Positions 46,007-53,671 of a stretch of DNA of 53,671 nucleotides are shown in pieces. This DNA comes from Clostridiaceae bacterium. Its GTDB lineage: Bacteria; Bacillota; Clostridia; Saccharofermentanales; UBA5734. A program made the position numbers and the translations under genes. How positions within the stretch are numbered: position 1 is the first letter of the stretch; the number at the start of each line of letters is the position of its first letter. The notes below the pieces were generated by a model. It was not told the origin of the DNA, did no database searches, and was given only the letters and a program-made list of their open reading frames with translations. The stretch covers positions 1-53,671 of the forward strand of contig JAAYJD010000214.1 of NCBI GenBank assembly GCA_012523135.1. Direction: 5' to 3'.

Positions 46007-46807
46007 ATGGCCTACCATTCGTTTTACCGCCAGCCCCCTTCCGCCGCGGTCCAGCGCGCCAAAGCTGCCCGCAGCCTGGAAAAGCTGCAAAAGAAGCATC
46101 CGGACCTGGCTCCGATCCAGGTCAGCGGCCGCAAGCTGACCCAGACCTGGTGGGGCCAGGCCTGGACCGACAACCTGTCTCGCTACGCCGACTACAGCAA
46201 CCGGATCGGGCGCGGGCGCAGCTATGTGCGCAATGGCGCCATCCTGGATCTGCGCATCGGTCCAGGCGAGGTCAACGCGCTGGTCCAGGGCAGCCGGGTG
46301 AAGCCTTACGATGTGACCGTCAGCATCAAGCCGCTGCGGGCCGAAGCATGGACATCGCTCAAGTCAGCGTGTTCCGGGCAGGTGGAGTCGCTGCGCGATT
46401 TGCTGGAGGGCAAGTTTCCGGCCAGCCTGGCGCGCCTGTTCACGGAGCCTGGCAAAGGGCTTTTTCCGACGCCGACGGAAATCCGTTTTCACTGCAGCTG
46501 CCCGGACTGGGCCAGCATGTGCAAGCACGTCTGCGCCGTTTTGTATGGGGTTGGCGTCCGGCTGGACGAAGACCCGACGCTCTTTTTCGTCCTGCGTCAG
46601 GTTTCGGTCGACGAGCTGGTCAGCCAGGCCGTCCAGCAAGCCTCCGACCAGCTGGTCGGCCGCTCAGCAAGCCAAAGCCGCCGCATCCTGGACAGCGACG
46701 ACCTGTCCGGCCTGTTCGGGCTCGATCTGACCGAGCCGGAAGCGACCGCCCCCGCACCGGCTGTGAAGCGGAAAAGGAAATCCGCCAAATCAGATCCGCC
46801 ATCTTGA
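46007..46807 (+). CDS. SWIM zinc-finger protein, partner of the SNF2 ATPase
   Basis: TWWGQAW, RGRSYVRNG, VQGSR, FHCSCPDWASMCKHV (CxC...CxH), LFFVLR. Confidence 0.9.
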   Translation: MAYHSFYRQPPSAAVQRAKAARSLEKLQKKHPDLAPIQVSGRKLTQTWWGQAWTDNLSRYADYSNRIGRGRSYVRNGAILDLRIGPGEVNALVQGSRVKPYDVTVSIKPLRAEAWTSLKSACSGQVESLRDLLEGKFPASLARLFTEPGKGLFPTPTEIRFHCSCPDWASMCKHVCAVLYGVGVRLDEDPTLFFVLRQVSVDELVSQAVQQASDQLVGRSASQSRRILDSDDLSGLFGLDLTEPEATAPAPAVKRKRKSAKSDPPS

Positions 46808-46831
46808 CAATGAAACAATAGCCAGTATGAT
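46804..46831 (+). promoter_or_regulatory. Putative sigma-A promoter overlapping the SWIM stop codon
   Basis: TTGACA (46804-46809), 16-bp spacer, TATGAT (46826-46831). Confidence 0.55.
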
Positions 46832-46896
46832 GATATTAACCTGCTCCCGTAGTGAAAATATAAACCAGAATCTGTAACACGCAGGCGACAGGACTT

Positions 46897-47433
46897 ATGC
46901 GCAAACAAACGAGACTGACTTGCTTGATGATCGCCCTGGCTGTCGGGCTTTGTGTCGCCCTTTTCAGCGGATGCGGCACGGACCCCGACCCCCTGCTGGA
47001 CAACCAGGCCATGGCCCGCGAACTGGAGCGTCTAATGGACCCGGCCAGCGCATCGGGTGCCGGCGATGAATTTTACACATCATCGCCGAACGAACTGGTC
47101 GAGGCGATCCTGCGGCACAACGAAATCCAGGTCAGCTCCGTTGAAAAAACGCAAGCGACGTACGAAGTGAAATGCGTGATCACGGCCCCTGATGTGGCAG
47201 CCGCGTTGAAAAGCGTTTCCAGGCAATTACAGCAGCAGGACGAAGTCACGATGGATGATATCCAGAATCTGGTCCTGACCGAAATCGAACAGGCAGGGAC
47301 AATATCGCTGTCGGCCGATATCTCAGTTGCACATGCGGACGGCGAACTGGTGCCCGCTTTGAGCGATGACATCATCGATGCCTATTTGGGCGGACTGTTG
47401 AGGTATATCGACGATTATGATTTCGGCCAATAG
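46897..47433 (+). CDS. Hypothetical acidic lipoprotein (178 aa)
   Basis: Basic N-terminus, hydrophobic stretch and lipobox FSGC. Confidence 0.8.
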   Translation: MRKQTRLTCLMIALAVGLCVALFSGCGTDPDPLLDNQAMARELERLMDPASASGAGDEFYTSSPNELVEAILRHNEIQVSSVEKTQATYEVKCVITAPDVAAALKSVSRQLQQQDEVTMDDIQNLVLTEIEQAGTISLSADISVAHADGELVPALSDDIIDAYLGGLLRYIDDYDFGQ

Positions 47434-49948
47434 AAATAGGAACGATAGAGCTTTCAAGGTTCCATCTGCGTGGTCCAAGACGGCACTGGTCCTGCTGCTC
47501 ACAATCAGCCTGTTGCTGGTGTCAGTCGACATGCCCCGGGCAACCAGTCCAGTCGTGTTGCCGATCGCAATCAAGAAAGGCCACGCAGAACCAGTTGAAG
47601 CCATCTCTGTGCTGCTGCAGGATGGCAAGCCCTATATTAACGCGTTTGACTTCCTGGGATTGACCCGTTACACGACAAGCCATGAAGGCACCATGCTTAA
47701 GATGGTTATGGGCGCGAAAACCGTGGTCTACGAGATGGTCAGCGGATCAGTCACGGTATTTGGAAAAGCGTTTCCGGCTGCGCCGGCAATCGAGTACAAC
47801 AACATGACCTGGCTGCCAGCCGATGACCTGCTCCCCTGGTTGAACGTGCAGGTTTTGGTCGAAAACGGCACTTTGCTGATCATCCCGGACGCGCTCTCTT
47901 TCTGGGAGTTCTACCCGGATTTTGCACCCATGAGCTATTATTTCGATATTGCCGACGAGTTCGGCAGCAAAGCGGGGGCCTCCACCGTCATGTACTCGAT
48001 GTTCCTGCTCGACACCTTGTTCAAAACCAGGGTGGACCGTTTTATCCCCGTGACCGGCATCAACAAGCCCGATGGTCTGTTTTCATGGCGTGATTATGAC
48101 ATTTATTTGGAATTGTTCCAGGAATTGGCCTATGACAAATACATGTCTGATGAGCTGCTCAACGATTTAGACGACTACACAACCGATTTGGCCGACTCGC
48201 TTGCGCTCTTCAAGGGACTGGCAACAGCGGGCACGACAGCAGAAAAATTTTATGCCAGCCTCAGCCTTGACGAACGTCTTCTGATCCAGCACATTGAGAC
48301 GATGAAAGAAGTAAAAGACGCCCTGAAGGTCAAGCAGGTGGTCGACGCGATCTCGCTGGGCCTGAGCATCGTGGGGGCCAGCGAGGAATATGACGATGCG
48401 ATCGCGGCCGTTTACGATGTCAAGAAAGCGAAAGCAACCTCCTTGGCCGAACAGGCTGCAGCGCACGCTTATATCCTTTATCGGCAGAATAAGGCATCCA
48501 TAGCCGCAGTTGGGGGCACATTCGTTGCCGACATCATTCAGGATGCCGCGGAAGACATGGTGCTTGATGCCATCGGGGGCAGTTGGAAAGTCTATCTGGG
48601 CGGCATTGACGCTGTATTGTCCGGAATCTGGCCGATCAACGAGGCCGCCGAGGGCATCACCAAACTGCCCCAGATCGCGGTTATTCAGCAGGACGCGCTC
48701 GACGCGTACATCGAGCATACCGACTTGGCTAACCTGTCCTATAACCAGGTCCAGGCGGCCAGGCTGTCCGCGACAATGTTCCTGAGGGCCGCCAAGAAAG
48801 GAATTGAGGTCACCCAGACCCTGATTGACCGCTTTGGAGGCGAACAGATCAACGACGAGCGGATCGCCGAGTATGACAGCCGCCTGATGCAACTGGCCTT
48901 TTGCATGCCTGCGACCCTGAACGATTCGCAGGACGGCAAAACAGAGGCCGGTGCCAATATCCGCAATCTGCTGGCAGGACTGGTCAAGCACGAGCCGGTG
49001 TCCACGACAACAACCACAGCGGCACCGACAACACAAACCACGTCCACAACAGCGTTGGTCAAGGACGATCTGACCTTCATAACAGGTTTGCTGCATGCGA
49101 CCCGTCCCGAGGTCATCGCGGCGATCGGCGCCGATTATACCGTGGTTGAGGCAGGCCCCGAAAGCACATATGAAGGCCTTTACGATCCCAAGCGCGACTT
49201 AACCTTTGTCTTTTACCCGGAAGGTACCCCGGCAGATCCGGAATACGGCATCGATGAGGAAGACCTGGACCGGGTCGTCGAGGTCGAGTGCGGCCCGGAT
49301 GCTAGAATCGGGCAGACGCATGTCGGCATGTCTGTCGATGACATCATCGCCAGCCTGGGTGCGCCGAATGATATTTTCTCTCTCAACGAGGCAGGCGAGG
49401 TCTGGTTCTACCTGTTCCGGATGGACGAGCTTGCGGTTCTTTTTGGTGGCTACGGACCGGGCGACCCGACATTCAGCTGCACCATCTATGCCGACACCGC
49501 GCCGGATCAGGATACCGTAAACATCAGTTACAGCTGGCTGCTGCATCGCACGCTGGCCGATATTGAAAAATGGTACGGTCCGGCGGATAATCCCTACAGC
49601 CCGCGAGGAGCAGACGAGTACCTGAACCAGATTTGGGAAGGCTACCAATACGAGCAGGACGACCTGGTCTTCTTTACGAACGATCGCGCCGAGATCGTCT
49701 CCGTCGGCACAGGCACCCTCAACGCCGCCTGGCTGGGCACCGCAGAGGATGTCAAAACTGGCATGTCGTTCACGAAAATCCAACAACTGCTTGGGGACGC
49801 TCTGACCAAGGAAGCCTGGTATGGTGACGAGGAGGGAGCTTTCCTGCTGCCCGCACTGCAGTACCGTGTCGACGGATGCCTGATCGTGATCTTTTCCCGG
49901 AACAAAGACGAACCGCAAGCCGACGAGCTATTTGTCTACCGCGATTAA
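47417..49948 (+). CDS. Large hypothetical surface/secreted protein: stalk-like N-domain, helical core, Thr-rich linker, two tandem ~140-aa repeats
   Basis: 843-aa open frame, N-terminal hydrophobic helix, STTTTTAAPTTQTTSTT linker, internal repeats LLHAT/LLHRT and GMS...LG. Confidence 0.8.
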   Translation: MISANRNRNDRAFKVPSAWSKTALVLLLTISLLLVSVDMPRATSPVVLPIAIKKGHAEPVEAISVLLQDGKPYINAFDFLGLTRYTTSHEGTMLKMVMGAKTVVYEMVSGSVTVFGKAFPAAPAIEYNNMTWLPADDLLPWLNVQVLVENGTLLIIPDALSFWEFYPDFAPMSYYFDIADEFGSKAGASTVMYSMFLLDTLFKTRVDRFIPVTGINKPDGLFSWRDYDIYLELFQELAYDKYMSDELLNDLDDYTTDLADSLALFKGLATAGTTAEKFYASLSLDERLLIQHIETMKEVKDALKVKQVVDAISLGLSIVGASEEYDDAIAAVYDVKKAKATSLAEQAAAHAYILYRQNKASIAAVGGTFVADIIQDAAEDMVLDAIGGSWKVYLGGIDAVLSGIWPINEAAEGITKLPQIAVIQQDALDAYIEHTDLANLSYNQVQAARLSATMFLRAAKKGIEVTQTLIDRFGGEQINDERIAEYDSRLMQLAFCMPATLNDSQDGKTEAGANIRNLLAGLVKHEPVSTTTTTAAPTTQTTSTTALVKDDLTFITGLLHATRPEVIAAIGADYTVVEAGPESTYEGLYDPKRDLTFVFYPEGTPADPEYGIDEEDLDRVVEVECGPDARIGQTHVGMSVDDIIASLGAPNDIFSLNEAGEVWFYLFRMDELAVLFGGYGPGDPTFSCTIYADTAPDQDTVNISYSWLLHRTLADIEKWYGPADNPYSPRGADEYLNQIWEGYQYEQDDLVFFTNDRAEIVSVGTGTLNAAWLGTAEDVKTGMSFTKIQQLLGDALTKEAWYGDEEGAFLLPALQYRVDGCLIVIFSRNKDEPQADELFVYRD

Positions 49949-49969
49949 GTGCTCAAAGTCAGCCCTCCT

Positions 49970-50773
49970 TCAGCTCTCTCTGGCCCAGTACTCGCCGCCC
50001 AGGTAATCGAGCGAGGCCAGGCGCTTTTGCATCGCCTTTAAATCGAAGGGTTCCCAAAGTACGATCTGGGACCATTCGAGCATCTCACGGCCGGACTTGC
50101 TTTTCGGATTGGCGATGGCCGCCAGGAACCTTGCCCACCCGGACAGGCCGCCGACATCCACCGGCGGCGGATCGCCCTGGCCTTCTGCCAGCTCGCAGTA
50201 AAATCCGGCCAGCTCAACCGGGTCGCCCAAATGGACGGCATAGGTCCAGTCGTCGCCGAAATCGTAGTCATAATAGAGGAAATCGGTCTTGGCCCGCACA
50301 TCGCGAAGCGTCACGGCCAGGTCCGACACCTGGGGCACAGGGGCTCCTCCCGGCTCGCCGTGCTCGTCGAAGAATAGATAGCGTTCTTCGGGCGGATAAT
50401 CCCAGCAGTATATTTCCATGAACGGACACTCGGCGTCGGGTCCTGCCGCCGGGAAGAAACGGTAGTGGTGGTAGGCGAACAGGCCGAGCGAAGCCTGGAT
50501 CGCCTGGTTCAGCTGATACAGGCTGGAATCGAGCGGAACATGCAGGACCCGGCGGACAGCCGGTAAGGCGCTGCCGCTGTCTTGACTGGCGATCGGCATG
50601 CCGAAGCGGGATCCGAAACGGCAGAGCTCGACGGTGACCTCGATGCCGGGCACCAGCAAGGCCGGGCGGCCATCGGTAAAACGCAGCGACCGGACGCCGT
50701 GCCATTTCGATGTGTTTTTTACGATGTCGATTGTTTCACCGGGCAGGAATGTGGCCAGAACCCGGGGCAGCAC
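49970..50773 (-). CDS. Plasmid pRiA4b ORF-3-like protein, probably 5'-truncated
   Basis: RRVLHVP..SLYQLNQAIQ, YHHYRF, YDYDFGDDW, PPPVDVGG..GW. No RBS before the GTG, and the frame is open upstream into the junction. Confidence 0.7.
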   Translation of the reverse strand: MLPRVLATFLPGETIDIVKNTSKWHGVRSLRFTDGRPALLVPGIEVTVELCRFGSRFGMPIASQDSGSALPAVRRVLHVPLDSSLYQLNQAIQASLGLFAYHHYRFFPAAGPDAECPFMEIYCWDYPPEERYLFFDEHGEPGGAPVPQVSDLAVTLRDVRAKTDFLYYDYDFGDDWTYAVHLGDPVELAGFYCELAEGQGDPPPVDVGGLSGWARFLAAIANPKSKSGREMLEWSQIVLWEPFDLKAMQKRLASLDYLGGEYWARES

Positions 50774-50814
50774 GTGTGAGTAATGGCCGTCGATCTGGAT
50801 GTATCCGAAATATA

Positions 50815-51435
50815 GGATGTAGGCGATCCCGGTGTAAAAAGCCGCCTTGAGCGCCTTTTTGTGTCTGGCCGCTTTCCTGCCGGGTCGAGAGGTTATTCGC
50901 TGGCCGACATGGAAAAAGAGGCAGATATTCCCATGATCAGAGCCGTGACTGCGATCAGGCGGGTGTTCTGGAACGCGAAGGTGAAACCGGCCAGGGCACC
51001 GGTCAGTTCAACCAGGGCGTCGTTGAGTCCGAGCACGACCAATCCCATGTAATCCAGTTTCTCCTCGTCGATCATGCCGATGAGCTGTTCCTCGTGACTG
51101 GCTTCGTCCTTGACCAGCGCATTCAGCTGCGGATACTGCCCGGACAGTTTCCGGTAGGTCTCGACAGCCTTGTCCTCGCTCCGCTCGAGCATTTTCATGC
51201 CGAAGGGCAGGCCCAGAACCCGAGTCAGCAGCGTGAAGAAAAAGACCTGGAACCGGTGCGGCGACACATCCTTTTGCGTCATTTTTTTCAGCACCTGGTA
51301 GTGCCGGTACTCCTCCTGGCTCATCTTGAGCAGGACCTGGGCGTTGGCCGGGTCCTTGAGCGTTTCGCTGAGCCGCTTGTAGATGGTGCAGGCGGTTATC
51401 TCGTTTCTTTGTTCCGTGAGCAAATCCTGGATCAT
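50815..51435 (-). pseudogene. Rubrerythrin/VIT1(CCC1) iron transporter-like gene, frameshifted and 3'-truncated
   Basis: Ferritin-like EEYRH and DEASH, VLGLNDALVELTGALAG, SMSASE then TAA. The shifted frames give YLSTRQE and KALKAAFYTGIAYIL, after which the sequence is unrelated. Confidence 0.8.
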
Positions 51436-51505
51436 GGGCAGCCTCACAGGATACGTATTCCGACAGCCTGATTGTAACAGAACCAGAAATGCCAGGCCAG
51501 TTGCC

Positions 51506-51534
51506 TTGTTGTTCCCGGAGCGGTTTTCTATAAT
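51506..51534 (+). promoter_or_regulatory. Putative sigma-A promoter of the URO-D-like gene
   Basis: TTGTTG (51506-51511), 17-bp spacer, TATAAT (51529-51534). Confidence 0.55.
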
Positions 51535-51577
51535 GGAACGAAAATGCATCCTGGTTCAGGATGACCTGGGAGGTCCC

Positions 51578-52618
51578 ATGATCGACCGCTATCTGAACGA
51601 TCTCGAGAACCGGCTGGATCCGGTGCAGGAAGAGGCATTGTACCGGGCATGGACTGGCTTTGCCGACGGGCAGGCAGGCACCGGGCCGTTTTGCCCAAAG
51701 CGGCGCACCCCGCTGCCGCCAGGCCTGGACTGGCCGGACATTCCGCTCAATGACGCCCTGGCGGACGAGGAAAAGATGTTGCTCAGCCAGTTCAAACTGT
51801 GCTCCGACCAGCTGGCTGCCAGCTCTGACTTGCTGCTGTCCGTGCGGGCCAATTATGGCGTCGGCATCATCCCCAGTTTTTTTGGCGCCGAGCCTTTCAT
51901 CATGCCGGCCACCATGAACTGCTTGCCCAATGTCAGACCGCTGCCAGGCGGCAGTCAGGCCATCGGGCACCTGGTCGGCGCGCCGCTGCCGGATCTGAAC
52001 CAGGGCTACGGACCTCAGGTTTTCCGCATGGCCGCGTTGTACCAGCAGGTCCGCGCCCGGTACCCGCGCATCGCCCGCTATATTCGCGTCGATCACCCGG
52101 ATTGCCAGGGGCCTTTCGACATCGTCGAGCTGCTGTGGGGCAGCGACGTCTTCCTGGCCTTGTTTGACGAACCTGATCGGGTCCACGCCCTGCTCGACTA
52201 CCTTTGCCGCTTTTACAGCTATTTCATGGACGCCTGGTTTGCCGCGATGCCGCCAACTGACGATTACCATGCCTATTTCGGGCGATTGCACCGGGGGCTG
52301 ATCACCATCCGCGACGACTCCGCCATGAATCTGTCACCGGATTTGTGCCGCACATTCGTTCATCCTTATGATGCCCGCCTGCTTGACCGCTACGGCGGAG
52401 CGATCCATTTCTGCGGCCGCGGCGACCATTACCTGACCGATATGGTCCGGTCCAAGGGATTGTCGGCCATCGACATGTCCCAGCCGCATCTCAACGACAT
52501 GAAGCAGATCCTGCGCGTGACGATCGACCAGGGCATCAACCTGCACACGGTGCACGACCCGTCCATCGACGCGCTGCTGGGTTCGAACCATGCCTGGCCG
52601 CGCTTGTCGCTGCGTTAG
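51578..52618 (+). CDS. Uroporphyrinogen decarboxylase (URO-D/MtaA)-like fold protein
   Basis: GGAGG RBS, DCQGPFDIVELLWG, RDDSAMNLSP, IHFCGRG. Confidence 0.72.
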   Translation: MIDRYLNDLENRLDPVQEEALYRAWTGFADGQAGTGPFCPKRRTPLPPGLDWPDIPLNDALADEEKMLLSQFKLCSDQLAASSDLLLSVRANYGVGIIPSFFGAEPFIMPATMNCLPNVRPLPGGSQAIGHLVGAPLPDLNQGYGPQVFRMAALYQQVRARYPRIARYIRVDHPDCQGPFDIVELLWGSDVFLALFDEPDRVHALLDYLCRFYSYFMDAWFAAMPPTDDYHAYFGRLHRGLITIRDDSAMNLSPDLCRTFVHPYDARLLDRYGGAIHFCGRGDHYLTDMVRSKGLSAIDMSQPHLNDMKQILRVTIDQGINLHTVHDPSIDALLGSNHAWPRLSLR

Positions 52619-52638
52619 GGAAAGGAGCTGTCTTTGCG

Positions 52639-53178
52639 ATGCCAACACCTTGCCTGATCCTGGTGACCGGTCGCCCGGGAGCAGGAAAATCGACTCTGGC
52701 CGAACAGCTTGGCCGCCAGTTGCATCTGCCGGTTGTCAGCCGCGACGCGCTCAAGGAAGGTTTTGTGCACACCTGCGGCAAACCGCATGACGAACTGCCG
52801 GCTGAAACCAACCGCCTTGTCACGGAGCTGTTCTTCAGAACCATCAAGGATTTGGTTGCGGCCGGTGTATCCCTGATCGCCGAGGCGGCGTTCCAGCATC
52901 CCGTCTGGGCGTCACATGTAACGCCTCTGAAAGCTCTGGCGCGCGTTGTCATCCTGGTCTGCCGGGTCGATGCCGGCACGGCGGCCGCCCGCATGCTGCG
53001 CCGAAGTCAGGAGGACCCGCTGCGCGGTTACTTCCATGGCAGCTTGAAAGAGGCGCAAACAGATCAGGAATACGAAGAACCCTGCCTTGACGTCCCGACC
53101 ATCTATGTGGATACAACCGGTGTCATGACACCTTCCGCCGAAGTTCTTGCGGCCCAGCTGTTGGATGACTGGCTGTAA
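52639..53178 (+). CDS. P-loop kinase-like protein (AAA_33 type)
   Basis: ILVTGRPGAGKST, VSRDALKE, ARMLRR lid. Confidence 0.8.
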   Translation: MPTPCLILVTGRPGAGKSTLAEQLGRQLHLPVVSRDALKEGFVHTCGKPHDELPAETNRLVTELFFRTIKDLVAAGVSLIAEAAFQHPVWASHVTPLKALARVVILVCRVDAGTAAARMLRRSQEDPLRGYFHGSLKEAQTDQEYEEPCLDVPTIYVDTTGVMTPSAEVLAAQLLDDWL

Positions 53179-53282
53179 AATGTATGCCGATCCTTTGAGC
53201 GTTGCGCCGGCTGTCTGAAAACGGTAGGATAAGAGCAAGAGCAGTACCGATGGGCTGCCACCTGGCTGGGAGGGATGGACTC

Positions 53283-53671
53283 ATGTACCAAGCAGACGAT
53301 CAGCGCTATGCCAAGATGACTTATAACCGCTGTGGCCGCAGCGGTCTCAAGCTGCCCGCGGTGTCGCTGGGACTGTGGCACAACTTCGGCAGCTGCGACC
53401 GCTTCGACCAGATGCAGCAATTGTGCTACACAGCTTTTGACGCCGGCATCACGCATTTTGACCTGGCCAACAACTACGGTCCGACAGCCGGCAGCGCAGA
53501 AAGCAATTTTGGCCGCATCCTGCAAGATGGCCTGGGGCACTATCGCGACGAACTGGTCATCTCGACCAAGGCCGGCTTTGGCATGTGGCCCGGTCCTTAC
53601 GGCGACTGGGGTTCGCGCAAGTACCTGATCGCCAGCCTCGACCAGAGTCTCAAGCGACTGGGCCTCGACTA
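53283..53671 (+). CDS. Aldo/keto reductase, L-glyceraldehyde-3-phosphate reductase (YghZ/MgrA) type; runs off the window end
   Basis: Read directly because it is missing from the ORF track: MYQADDQRY..GRSGLKLPAVSLGLWHNFG, HFDLANNYGP, ISTKAG, GSRKYLIASLDQSLKRLGLD. GGAGGG RBS. Confidence 0.92.
   Translation, partial: MYQADDQRYAKMTYNRCGRSGLKLPAVSLGLWHNFGSCDRFDQMQQLCYTAFDAGITHFDLANNYGPTAGSAESNFGRILQDGLGHYRDELVISTKAGFGMWPGPYGDWGSRKYLIASLDQSLKRLGLD

Noticed and set aside
43309-46807. Calling the SNF2-SWIM pair DISARM, Zorya or BREX
   Set aside because: None of the required partner genes (methylase, DrmA/B, ZorA/B, PglZ) is present in the window.
49003-49050. ACA/ACC-rich stretch as a tandem DNA repeat or CRISPR remnant
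   Set aside because: It simply encodes the Thr-rich linker. There are no regularly spaced repeats or cas genes anywhere in the window.

Overview
GC-rich Clostridia-type (Firmicutes) chromosomal window with no rRNA, tRNA, CRISPR array or transposase visible. From left to right: (1) a minus-strand housekeeping block: ferredoxin, yaaT/ricT, holB, darA, tmk, a yaaO-like decarboxylase, a disordered hypothetical protein, and folE-folP-folB-folK preceded by an AraC gene. (2) A Tad/Flp pilus operon whose first gene is a Hanks-type Ser/Thr kinase fused to a degenerate CpaE/TadZ (ParA/MinD-like) domain. (3) tig-clpP-clpX. (4) A GH4 glycosidase followed by a PilD-like prepilin peptidase that appears to have lost both catalytic aspartates. 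(5) A YtrA-type ABC module, an MFS transporter, a GH29 fucosidase, ProX, DUF4332 and YjjG. (6) An uncharacterised six-gene catabolic operon (Gfo/Idh/MocA, nucleoside hydrolase, SDR, type I DHQase-like, ADP-ribosylglycohydrolase, AEC transporter) divergent from a MATE gene across face-to-face promoters with a perfect LacI-type palindrome. (7) A LacI-maltodextrin-type ABC-amylase-GH109 operon whose MalG-like gene carries an in-frame TAG. (8) A SNF2 ATPase + SWIM pair, a lipoprotein + large repeat surface protein pair, a VIT1/pRiA4b-ORF3 pseudogene junction, a URO-D-like protein, a P-loop kinase and a partial aldo-keto reductase. The strongest novelty candidates are the kinase-headed Tad system, the pseudo-peptidase nearby, and the ARH/nucleoside-hydrolase operon with its shared operator motif. 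All family assignments come from motif recognition by eye, with no database search. Several single-base lesions could be assembly errors.
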